Shown here one piece after another: positions 54,764 through 64,000 of a stretch of DNA of 64,000 nt. Position numbers and translations under genes: made by a program. The notes beneath the pieces were generated by a model. The model was not told where the DNA came from and ran no database searches. It saw only the letters and a program-made list of their open reading frames with translations. The DNA is from Prasinococcaceae sp. CCMP 1430. Taxonomy: Eukaryota > Plantae > Prasinodermophyta. Where the stretch lies: the NCBI GenBank assembly GCA_013416795.1, contig RQSC01000020.1:414735-478734 (forward strand), in the 5' to 3' direction. The stretch's first letter is position 1. Every line of letters begins with the position of its first letter.

Positions 54764-55709
54764 TCAATTCGACATGAGCGTGCCCCACTCCCGCTTGGTC
54801 TCGTCACGCAGCTTGCCCCACGCCACGCGCACGTCCTGCAGAAAGGCCACGTGCACGTCGCCCGTCGACGAGGCGGCGTCGAGGCCTTGCGCCCGCATGC
54901 GCGCCCGGCGCTCGTCGCCCTTACGGATGAAGGCGTTGGCGACGTCGAACGGATCGTCGCCGGTCGGGCCACCGCCGAGCATGACGCCGACCTCCACGCG
55001 CGTGCTCTGGGTCATGGCCCACTCCAATACCGCCAGGTTTTGCTTCGAGACCATGTGAATGCAGTCCACAGGGCAGCACGCGATGGCCTCCTCGATCTCC
55101 TCCTCGCCGCTGCCCCACTGGGTGTGCACGCGCGCGCGGCCCCACTCGTCTTCCAGGCCGAACGTTTCAGGCGCCACGTGGCAGCAGTGCTGGCACCCGA
55201 TGCACAGGGTCTCGTCGACGAAGGTCGCACGCTGGTCGCCAGGCCCGCGCGAAGGGTCGTCGCGCGCCCACTTGGACAAAGGCTCGCCCGTGTAGCCCAC
55301 CTTGATGTGCGCTCGCAGCGCCTCCACCTCGGAGTCGTATATGCGACGCAGCGACGGCTCCGAGAGCGCCGCGTACGCCTCGTTCATCAGGATGCACACC
55401 TCCATGGTCTCGGGCCCGGCGATGTCCGGGTGGCAGCGCTTCTGCAGCCTGCGGTACGCCTCCTTGATCTGGGCGTCGGACGCGGAGGGGTCGACGTCGA
55501 GCATCTCGTAGAAATCGCGAGGATACACGCCGTCGTCGGCGACGCTCCCGAGCGCCGACAGCGAGCCTCTGGCGCGCGCGTTCTCCTTGCCCACGAACTC
55601 GAGGCCCGTCTCAGCGGCGCCATCCGAGGCGGTCGCGCTCGCTCGCGCTGGCGCGCGCGCGTCCGCGCGGCCTCGCAGCGCCCGCCGCGGCGCTCGTGCC
55701 GCTTGCGGC
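54764..55709 (-). CDS. Plastid DnaJ + 4Fe-4S ferredoxin protein, copy B; 5' end in gap
   Basis: Same architecture, FVDETLCIGCQHC..CPVDCIH; collinear with copy A at offset 1965. Confidence 0.9.
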
Positions 55710-56689
55710 NNNNNNNNNNNNNNNNNNNNNNNNNNNNNNNNNNNNNNNNNNNNNNNNNNNNNNNNNNNNNNNNNNNNNNNNNNNNNNNNNNNNNNNNNNN
55801 NNNNNNNNNNNNNNNNNNNNNNNNNNNNNNNNNNNNNNNNNNNNNNNNNNNNNNNNNNNNNNNNNNNNNNNNNNNNNNNNNNNNNNNNNNNNNNNNNNNN
55901 NNNNNNNNNNNNNNNNNNNNNNNNNNNNNNNNNNNNNNNNNNNNNNNNNNNNNNNNNNNNNNNNNNNNNNNNNNNNNNNNNNNNNNNNNNNNNNNNNNNN
56001 NNNNNNNNNNNNNNNNNNNNNNNNNNNNNNNNNNNNNNNNNNNNNNNNNNNNNNNNNNNNNNNNNNNNNNNNNNNNNNNNNNNNNNNNNNNNNNNNNNNN
56101 NNNNNNNNNNNNNNNNNNNNNNNNNNNNNNNNNNNNNNNNNNNNNNNNNNNNNNNNNNNNNNNNNNNNNNNNNNNNNNNNNNNNNNNNNNNNNNNNNNNN
56201 NNNNNNNNNNNNNNNNNNNNNNNNNNNNNNNNNNNNNNNNNNNNNNNNNNNNNNNNNNNNNNNNNNNNNNNNNNNNNNNNNNNNNNNNNNNNNNNNNNNN
56301 NNNNNNNNNNNNNNNNNNNNNNNNNNNNNNNNNNNNNNNNNNNNNNNNNNNNNNNNNNNNNNNNNNNNNNNNNNNNNNNNNNNNNNNNNNNNNNNNNNNN
56401 NNNNNNNNNNNNNNNNNNNNNNNNNNNNNNNNNNNNNNNNNNNNNNNNNNNNNNNNNNNNNNNNNNNNNNNNNNNNNNNNNNNNNNNNNNNNNNNNNNNN
56501 NNNNNNNNNNNNNNNNNNNNNNNNNNNNNNNNNNNNNNNNNNNNNNNNNNNNNNNNNNNNNNNNNNNNNNNNNNNNNNNNNNNNNNNNNNNNNNNNNNNN
56601 NNNNNNNNNNNNNNNNNNNNNNNNNNNNNNNNNNNNNNNNNNNNNNNNNNNNNNNNNNNNNNNNNNNNNNNNNNNNNNNNNNNNNNNNN
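55710..56689. other. Assembly gap
   Basis: N run. Confidence 1.
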
Positions 56690-57004
56690 GGCCGGCCTGC
56701 GGGGAGGCGCGGCGCGGCCCCTGCGGCGAGGCGCGCGCGCACCGCCGCGCTCTTCGGCGGAGGCGACAGCGACGGCGAGCAGAAGGTGCGCGCCGACGCG
56801 CGTGCGTGCATCTGTGCGTGCTGTGTGTGTGTGTGTTTGCAAGTCGCGTGCGAATGTTTTTGCGCGCGTGCTTTGTCCGCGTGCGTGTGTGCGCGTGTGC
56901 GTCAACGAGAAGGCGGCGATCGACGCGATCGAATTGCATCCACGCCCGCGCGCCCACCGGGTCGCCCGAACGCCGCTGACGCCAAGGCGTCGTGTCTGCG
57001 TGCA

Positions 57005-57041
<37 letters not shown>

Positions 57042-57469
57042 GCGTTTGTGTGTGTGCGCGTCCGCCCGTGCGCGTGTGTGTGTCCCCCCCGCCCCACCCC
57101 ACCCCGCCCCACCCCACCCCACCCCGCCCACGCAGAAGCGCAAGGGCCTCCGCCGGGAGGACGAGCCCAAGGAGGCGTGGCTGTCCGAGGCGGAGAAGAC
57201 GGGCGACCCCACGAAGATCTTCGACGACCCGCTGGCGAAGATCGGCGTCTTCGCCATCTTCGCGCCCTTCCTGCTGCTGGTGAGCGAGCGCGCACACTCA
57301 CACGTGCACACACACGCACACACGCACACACACACGCACGGCCTCCCCTTCCTCCTCGTTCCCATCCCCCCGTGCGCACGCGCTGACACCTGCGCCCTCC
57401 GTCGCCGCCTCCCCCGCGCAGATCCTCTTCATCGCCACGGGCCTCATCGACCTCGACACCGGCTACTAG
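56690..57469 (+). CDS. Small plastid-type membrane protein of the green lineage; exons ..56786, 57136-57279, 57422-57469; 5' end in gap
   Basis: Spliced ..AALFGGGDSDGEQK|KRKGLRREDEPKEAWLSEAEKTG..DPLAKIGVFAIFAPFLLL|ILFIATGLIDLDTGY*; resembles a plant family recalled with (T/K)REEEPEQYW..PF motifs. Confidence 0.7.
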
Positions 57470-57739
57470 AGAGGCGCGGGGTAGGCGCGCGCGCGACCGA
57501 GTAAGAGCGCGCCTCGGGAGCACGTCCGTGCGTGAGCGCGAACGCGAGAGTGTGTGTGCGTGTGTGCGCGTGCGCACGTGCGCGCGCGCACACATGCGTG
57601 CACGGGTGTATGTGTGTGCGTGTTTCTGCGCTTGTGCGCGCGCGCGTGTGTGCATACGTGTGCTCTCTCGCTGTTGCGCGTGTGTGCGTATGTGTGCGTT
57701 ACGCGCGTGCGCGCGTACGCGTGCGCCGAGCGCGGCGCG

Positions 57740-58488
57740 TCACGCCCTGGGCACCGCCGCCTCCTTGAAGTAGAGCGGCGCCGCAGCGCCGCGCGCCGCG
57801 CGCTCGCGCGCCGCCACCGCCGCGCCTGCCGACGCCGACGCCGACGCCGATGCGGCCGCCGCCGACAGCGCCGCGTCGAGGAGCGACGGCGACGACGCCG
57901 GAACGCCGAGCGCAGCGCACGCCGCAGGGGCGGAGATCGTACGGTACGCCGAGGCGAGGACCTGGGCAAGGCGTGTGTGCGTGCGTGTGTGCGTGCGTGT
58001 GTGCGTGCGTTTGTGCGTGTGCGTGTGTGTGTGCGTGCGTGCGTGTGTGTGCGCGCGCGTGTTGTGGACGAGCGTGAGCGCGTGCAGACGCAAGCACGCG
58101 CGCGAGCGATCACGAGTGCCGCGTGTGTGCGCGCGTGTGTGTTGTGTTTCGGCGCGCGAGCGCACCTTCGCGCCCGCCGCACGCATGTGCGCGTCGCCCG
58201 CGGCGGCCACGCGCGCCAGCAGCGGCGTCGGCGCCGCCTCGAGCGCGCGCCAGTGCGCCACGTACGGCGCCCACAGCCCCGCCCGCGCGCCCAGCGCCGC
58301 CGCGCCCACGCGCGCCGCCCACGCGCGCATGCCGTCGCCGCCGTGCGTGCACGCGTGTGCGTGCGTGTGCGCGTGCGCCTGCGCCCTTGCGAGCGCGCGG
58401 CCGAACTCGGCGGCGTCGCCCGCCACGCACGCGAAGTACGCCGCCGACGCCGCGTGCATCTCCGCCTCGCGCGGGAACGCGCCTGCGG
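57740..58488 (-). CDS. SAC3/GANP/THP3 (PCI-fold) family protein, C-terminal exons; 5' end in gap
   Basis: MHAASAAYFACVAGDAAEF..APTPLLARV..MRAAGAK|VLASAYRTISAPAACAALG fits the winged-helix end of SAC3/PCI domains. Confidence 0.55.
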
Positions 58489-58607
58489 GCAGCGCGCGGG
58501 CGCGCGCGCGTCAGCGCGGGCGTGCGCACGCGCAGGTGCGTGTGCACGTGTGTACCTCGCGCGAGGCCGTGTGTGATTGTGTGTGATTGTGCGTTTGTGT
58601 GTGTGTG

Positions 58608-59448
58608 NNNNNNNNNNNNNNNNNNNNNNNNNNNNNNNNNNNNNNNNNNNNNNNNNNNNNNNNNNNNNNNNNNNNNNNNNNNNNNNNNNNNNNNNNNNNN
58701 NNNNNNNNNNNNNNNNNNNNNNNNNNNNNNNNNNNNNNNNNNNNNNNNNNNNNNNNNNNNNNNNNNNNNNNNNNNNNNNNNNNNNNNNNNNNNNNNNNNN
58801 NNNNNNNNNNNNNNNNNNNNNNNNNNNNNNNNNNNNNNNNNNNNNNNNNNNNNNNNNNNNNNNNNNNNNNNNNNNNNNNNNNNNNNNNNNNNNNNNNNNN
58901 NNNNNNNNNNNNNNNNNNNNNNNNNNNNNNNNNNNNNNNNNNNNNNNNNNNNNNNNNNNNNNNNNNNNNNNNNNNNNNNNNNNNNNNNNNNNNNNNNNNN
59001 NNNNNNNNNNNNNNNNNNNNNNNNNNNNNNNNNNNNNNNNNNNNNNNNNNNNNNNNNNNNNNNNNNNNNNNNNNNNNNNNNNNNNNNNNNNNNNNNNNNN
59101 NNNNNNNNNNNNNNNNNNNNNNNNNNNNNNNNNNNNNNNNNNNNNNNNNNNNNNNNNNNNNNNNNNNNNNNNNNNNNNNNNNNNNNNNNNNNNNNNNNNN
59201 NNNNNNNNNNNNNNNNNNNNNNNNNNNNNNNNNNNNNNNNNNNNNNNNNNNNNNNNNNNNNNNNNNNNNNNNNNNNNNNNNNNNNNNNNNNNNNNNNNNN
59301 NNNNNNNNNNNNNNNNNNNNNNNNNNNNNNNNNNNNNNNNNNNNNNNNNNNNNNNNNNNNNNNNNNNNNNNNNNNNNNNNNNNNNNNNNNNNNNNNNNNN
59401 NNNNNNNNNNNNNNNNNNNNNNNNNNNNNNNNNNNNNNNNNNNNNNNN
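58608..59448. other. Assembly gap
   Basis: N run. Confidence 1.
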
Positions 59449-59667
59449 GTGTGTGTGTGTGTGTGTGTGTGTGCGTGCGTGTGTGTGTGTGTGTGTGCGT
59501 GTGTGCGTGTGCGCGTGCGTGTGTGTGTGTATGTGTGTGTGTGTGTGTGCCCGCGAGCGCATCCGCGCCACACGCGTGCTTCCACGCGCCGCGTTCTGTG
59601 CACGCACCGTCGCGCACGCGCACGCGCTCGCGCACGCGCACACACACACGCACACACACACGCCGCC

Positions 59668-60076
59668 ATGGTCATGAACTGCGGCGCGCCCGCCCTCGCA
59701 GCCGACCTGCCGCACGTGCGCATCGACGAGCACGCCGGCGCGCTGCCCTCGCACGCCACCGCGGGCGCGCGCACGGCGGCCGTGTCGGTCGCCTCCGTCG
59801 AGGCCAAGGCCGACGCCGTCGAGGACTGGCAGACGCCCGACTTCGACGAGTGGCTCGTCGTGCACGAGGGCGAGCTGCGCGTGGAGTCCACGCACTTCCC
59901 GCCCGTCGAGGCCAGGGCGGGCGACACCGTCTTCATCCCGCGCGGCGAGCGCACGCGCGCGGTGCTCGCCGCGGGCGTCAAGTACATCGCCGTGTGCGCG
60001 CCCGCGTTCGCGCCGGACGCCGCGTACCGCGAGGAGGGCTCGAGCGCCGACCCGTCGAAGGTGCGTGTGCGCGCGC

Positions 60077-60111
<35 letters not shown>

Positions 60112-61163
60112 TGTGTGCGTGTGCGTGTGTGTGTGTGTGTGTGTTTGTGTATGTGTGTGTGTGTGTGTGCGTGTGTTTGCGTTTGTGTGTGTATGTGCGC
60201 GTGTGTGCGCTTGTGTGCGTGTGTGTGTGTGTGCGTGTGCGTGCGGCTACCTGCGTGTTTCCCTGCGCGAGTGTTCGTCTGTGTACCAACTTGGTGGACG
60301 CCTACGCACACCACACACGCACACACATACTCACACACACACGTCCTCACACACACACACACACGCGCGCGCACCCGTACACTCGCAGGCGCGCCCCCCC
60401 CCCCACGACGCGCACGTGGACGTCTACCACCTCGTGCAGGCGCCGCTGTGGGAGCGCGTCGCGAGCGCGGCCGACGGGGAGGCCGCGGAGTACTTCCCGC
60501 CCACGTACGAGGAGGACGGCTTCACGCACGCCACGGCGGACCCCAGGTTCCTCCTGGGCGTGGCGAACCACTTCTACCGCGACACCGAGGCGCCGTGGAT
60601 CTGCCTCAAGATGACGCGGGAAACCATCGCCAAGGCAGGAAAGGTGCGCGAGCGCGCCTGCGCGTGGGCGTGTGTGTCCGTGCGTGTGTGCGTGTGTGTG
60701 TGAGTGAATGTGTGCGCGTGTGCGTGTGTGTGTAGGTGTGTGCGTGTGTGTGAGCGTGTCTGTGAGTGCTCGTAAGACGGCGTGTGTGTGTGCGGCCCTG
60801 ACTCCATTGCTGCTTGCACACACGCACACAACACGTGTATGAACGCGTACACACGCCTACGCGCGTACATACACGTGATACATACAAGCAAACGCGCACA
60901 CACGTACGCACACACACACACACATGTACACGCACACACACGCGCACACGCACGACACACACACACACACACGCACCGCACAGGTTCTCAAGTGGGAGTG
61001 GCCCTCCCCCGTGGGCACCACTCGCCCGCTGGACGGCGAGCAGTCGGGCGGCGAGCGCTTCCCGCACCTCTTCGGCGGCATCACGCGCGAGATGGTTGTG
61101 GAGACGTACGACGTCAAGCGCTCGGCCGAGGGGGAGTTCCTGAGCATCGAGGGCTTGTGCTAG
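59668..61163 (+). CDS. Cupin + DUF952 fusion protein; exons 59668-60060, 60389-60643, 60984-61163
   Basis: Cupin: QTPDFDEWLVVHEGELRVE..AGDTVFIPRGER..YIAVCAPAFAPD. DUF952: VYHL..W..YFPPTYEEDGFTHAT..VANHFY..|LKWE..FPHLFGGI. Both introns are phase 0. Confidence 0.8.
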
Positions 61164-61790
61164 CCGCGGGGAGAGGCGCGTGCAGACACACACACACACA
61201 CACGCGCGCGCGCGCACACACACGCGCACACACACACACATACACGGGCGGCCTCATCGGCAAGCGGACGTAAACCTTCAGCGTTGGTGTGAGATCTCAC
61301 GCATGCGTGGCCGCGCGCGCTGTGGGCGCCGCTGTGAGCGCGGGCGCGGCACACGCCGCGCGCGCGCGCCCCACACGCGCCAATTCGCGCCCCGCGAAAT
61401 CCAAATCCCACGCCCCTCCTTTAGGGTCAACCGTCATCAGGGTCCACAACTTTAGTGACACGCACGCCACTTTACCCACTTTAGTCGCACGCGCAGGGCG
61501 GGCCGCGCGCGCGCGCGGAACCCGCGGATTCTCCCCGCGCCGAATTCGCATTCCGCAAAACGCGAAATTGGAGCGCCCCAGAGCGGCGGCGGGGGAACGG
61601 CGCGCGGCCGGCGGCCCGCGCGCCGACGCCGTACATGTCAATGAAAATTTACTATTCATATACCCACGGGAGGCTGTACATCTGCAAACGCTCGCAACGC
61701 TCGCAATTGGGTGTGGCGTGACCACGGGAGAGCACCTTCGCAGGGGGATGATCGCCGGCATCGGGTTTGGGGTTTGGGTAGGCACGAGCT

Positions 61791-61798
61791 AAACCCTA
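61791..61798 (+). promoter_or_regulatory. Telo-box AAACCCTA, preceded by degenerate gggtttgg repeats
   Basis: Exact motif immediately before the ORF at 61799. Confidence 0.4.
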
Positions 61799-63297
61799 AT
61801 GCGCGAACGCGGGGGCGAGGAGGCCCCGCCGGGCGGCCCCGGCCTCACGCAAAGGCCGCTAAGAAGAAGAAGGGGGCGGCGACCAAGGGGAACAAGTCCG
61901 GCAAGGGGAAGAAGGCAAAGGCCACCGCCAGAAAGCCCGCGAAGGCAAAAAAGGCCGCCACGGCGCGCTCAGGCGCGCTCACCCGGGCCGAGCGCGCGCG
62001 GGGCGCGCGAGCTCTGGACGCGGGACTGCCCGAGCGGCGCGACGACGACGGGGCGGCCGCGAGGCGGCTCCTCGGCATCCTCGGGCTGCACGAGCGGGAG
62101 GGGAATGACGCGCCGCGTTGGTCGACAGGTGGTCAGGAAGACGAACACGCGTACGGGAGCTCGCTCTGGGACCTCGGCACTGTGGGCGCGGCGTCGCGAT
62201 GTGCAGGCCCGCATGACGAGCGCGGCTTTGTCGCATCCACGCGGCCGCGCGGGGCGGGATTCGACGAAGACGATGGCGACGCCAGCTCGTCGGGCGAGGA
62301 GTCGTGCCGAGCGCCGAGCGCGGCTGGCGAGCTGGGATCGCGACGAGGCGCCAGTGAGGCGAGCGGCGAGGCGCTTGGCGCGCGAGAGCGGGTGACTGTG
62401 TCGCGCGATGCCGTCAAGGCACGCGCGGCCATGTCCGAGCGCGGCGTAGCGATGTGCACGCATCTGGCGCTTGCGGGCGCGTGCTCCCAAGACTCGCTGG
62501 CCGCTGGTGAGACCGTGCTCGGTGTACTGCCTCTCGCGCGTCCGGCGGCCGTGCGGACCATCTACTCAGCACGTGGCAAGGAGTGCTACGTCATGTGTGC
62601 CGCTTGCGACCGCATGCGAGAGGAGCGCGAGAGGCACACGGCGAGCACGCGGGCGAGCGCTCGCGGCGAGGCGCAGTTGCGCGCGCGGCCGGGCGCACGC
62701 CCAAGCGCGCGCTCATTCGACCTGGACTCATGGCTGATGCAACCCGCACCCCCGGCCGATGTGCTGTACAGGGAAAACGAGGGCACAGCGGACACGCTGG
62801 CGCAGGAAGACGATGGCAAGGCGCCCCGCCCGCCCCTGCGGGAGCACTCGCAATTTTCGCAGAATGCGCACGCGAGACATGCGTCGCCGCGAGCGTCGCC
62901 GCAAGAGTCACTGCAGGCGCACCCACGGGCACAATGGCGGTCGCCCCTCTACCAAACGCCACCTCGTGCTGGGATAACGCCAGTATCGTCGCTTTCACTG
63001 ACGAGGCCCAGCCTTGAAGTGCCAAAAGTCAAACACGCGAGTGCTTGTGCTGCTCGCACCGGTAGGGGCTGCGGCGGCGACGAGTCAGCTTTCAATACCA
63101 TCTCCGAGCAGATGCAACNGGCGCTCCCGCAGGGGACGCCCCGCGACAACGAGGGCGCTCGCGCGCCCGTGCGCCGCGCGGGAAGCCGCGTCCGCCGCGG
63201 AGGCGCCCCCAGGGACCGGGAGGCCCCCCCGGGGCGCGCCTTCCCGCGCGCCTTCCCGCGCGCCGCCGAGGCGCAATTCGCGCGCCGCGTTCCGTAA
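61799..63297 (+). CDS. Hypothetical protein: Lys-rich (NLS-like) N-terminus, small Cys-containing globular region, disordered tail; interrupted by N at 63119
   Basis: 528-aa ORF 61711-63297 with coding-like composition. The exact start is uncertain and no confident family assignment was made. Confidence 0.6.
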
Positions 63298-64000
63298 AAA
63301 AATCGGCGGCGGGGGAGTGACCGCGCCGTCCGGCGGAGATCTTTTTCCGCCGCCGCGAGCGCGCGCGCGCGCGACCCCGCGAATTCGCCGCCCGGGCCCG
63401 CTCCCCATCTAAAGACTGAGCTTCGCCGCGCGCGCGCGCGCGCGCGCGGCGCCCCGGCGCGTGCGCTCGCCCACCCGTCGACCCGAATCGACGCTGAATT
63501 TACACCAAATTCGTAATCCGTCGAATTGGTGGGATGGGCCGGCCGGCCGGGTTTTGATTTTGATCGTTTCCGAGGAATTTGTCACGCGCAATTCGCGCGT
63601 AAATTCGCAGCGAAAAAATGGGCGGCCACGTCGCCCATTGTTTCACGGAGATTAATTGGAAACTACATTGTTCCAGAAATACGGTCTCTTGACATGAGAT
63701 GGTTTTATTTCGGTGGGGCTCTTTGGGGATACGGACCTTATCCGATGGGGCACATGCTGGGTGCGCGCGCGAGCGCGTGTGTGGGCGTGTGCGTGCACGT
63801 GCGCGTGTGCACGTGCCTGTGTGTGCGCGCGTGCGTGGGCAGGCCTGCGTGCACGGGTCGAGTGTGTGTGTGTGTGCGCGCGCGCGCGTGTGTGCCACAC
63901 CACGCGGGCGTGTGTGTGTGTGTGTGTGTGTGCGGCAGGGATGGCGGCGGCGGCGGCGGCGCGGTTGAGGCCCGCAGCGGCGGCGCGCGGGGGGGCGGCG

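Noticed and set aside
52535-57283. Very long ORFs (1582 aa here; also 20891-22696, 25897-28521, 57466-59895, 58123-60735)
   Set aside because: They run through N-gaps, microsatellites, or antisense to real genes. High GC suppresses stops, so their length is not evidence of coding.
1-64000. CRISPR arrays, rRNA, tRNA, transposase/RT/integrase or viral genes
   Set aside because: None recognised. All repeats are microsatellites, short tandem duplications or gene duplications.
63941-64000. Possible gene start MAAAAAARLRPAAAARGG at the right edge
   Set aside because: It resembles a transit peptide but is only 20 codons of low-complexity sequence, too little to support a feature.

Overview
Gene-dense, very GC-rich eukaryotic nuclear DNA from a draft assembly (six N-gaps and three single-N joins). 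The gene content (plastid FtsZ2, plant-type LDL3, DnaJ-ferredoxin, plant-type ZFN CCCH, IFT46) points to a green alga of prasinophyte grade; the species cannot be fixed from the sequence. About 29 protein-coding genes or gene fragments are present, most with GT-AG introns built from (CA)n/(TG)n/(CG)n tracts. No rRNA, tRNA, CRISPR array or autonomous transposon was seen. Recognisable genes: IFT46, FANCL, EBP-like, LDL3, LSM6, NDUFB3, mL43, FtsZ2, DET2-like, aminopeptidase P, WDR26, a SET-domain protein, a CCCH protein, MINDY, two tandem DnaJ-4Fe-4S genes and a SAC3-family fragment. Best leads: (1) an uninterrupted GT8 glycosyltransferase-JmjC hydroxylase fusion; (2) a spliced MCD1-like chloroplast-division protein, a family described from land plants; (3) a large Cys/Pro/Lys-rich protein with a bacterial-type core; (4) self-complementary microsatellite introns with no polypyrimidine tract; (5) a diverged WDR26 fragment welded onto the 5' end of MINDY; (6) a GPS2-like coiled coil, a RimM-PRC protein with four helical repeats, and a cupin-DUF952 fusion. 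All family calls come from motifs recalled from memory, not from database searches.
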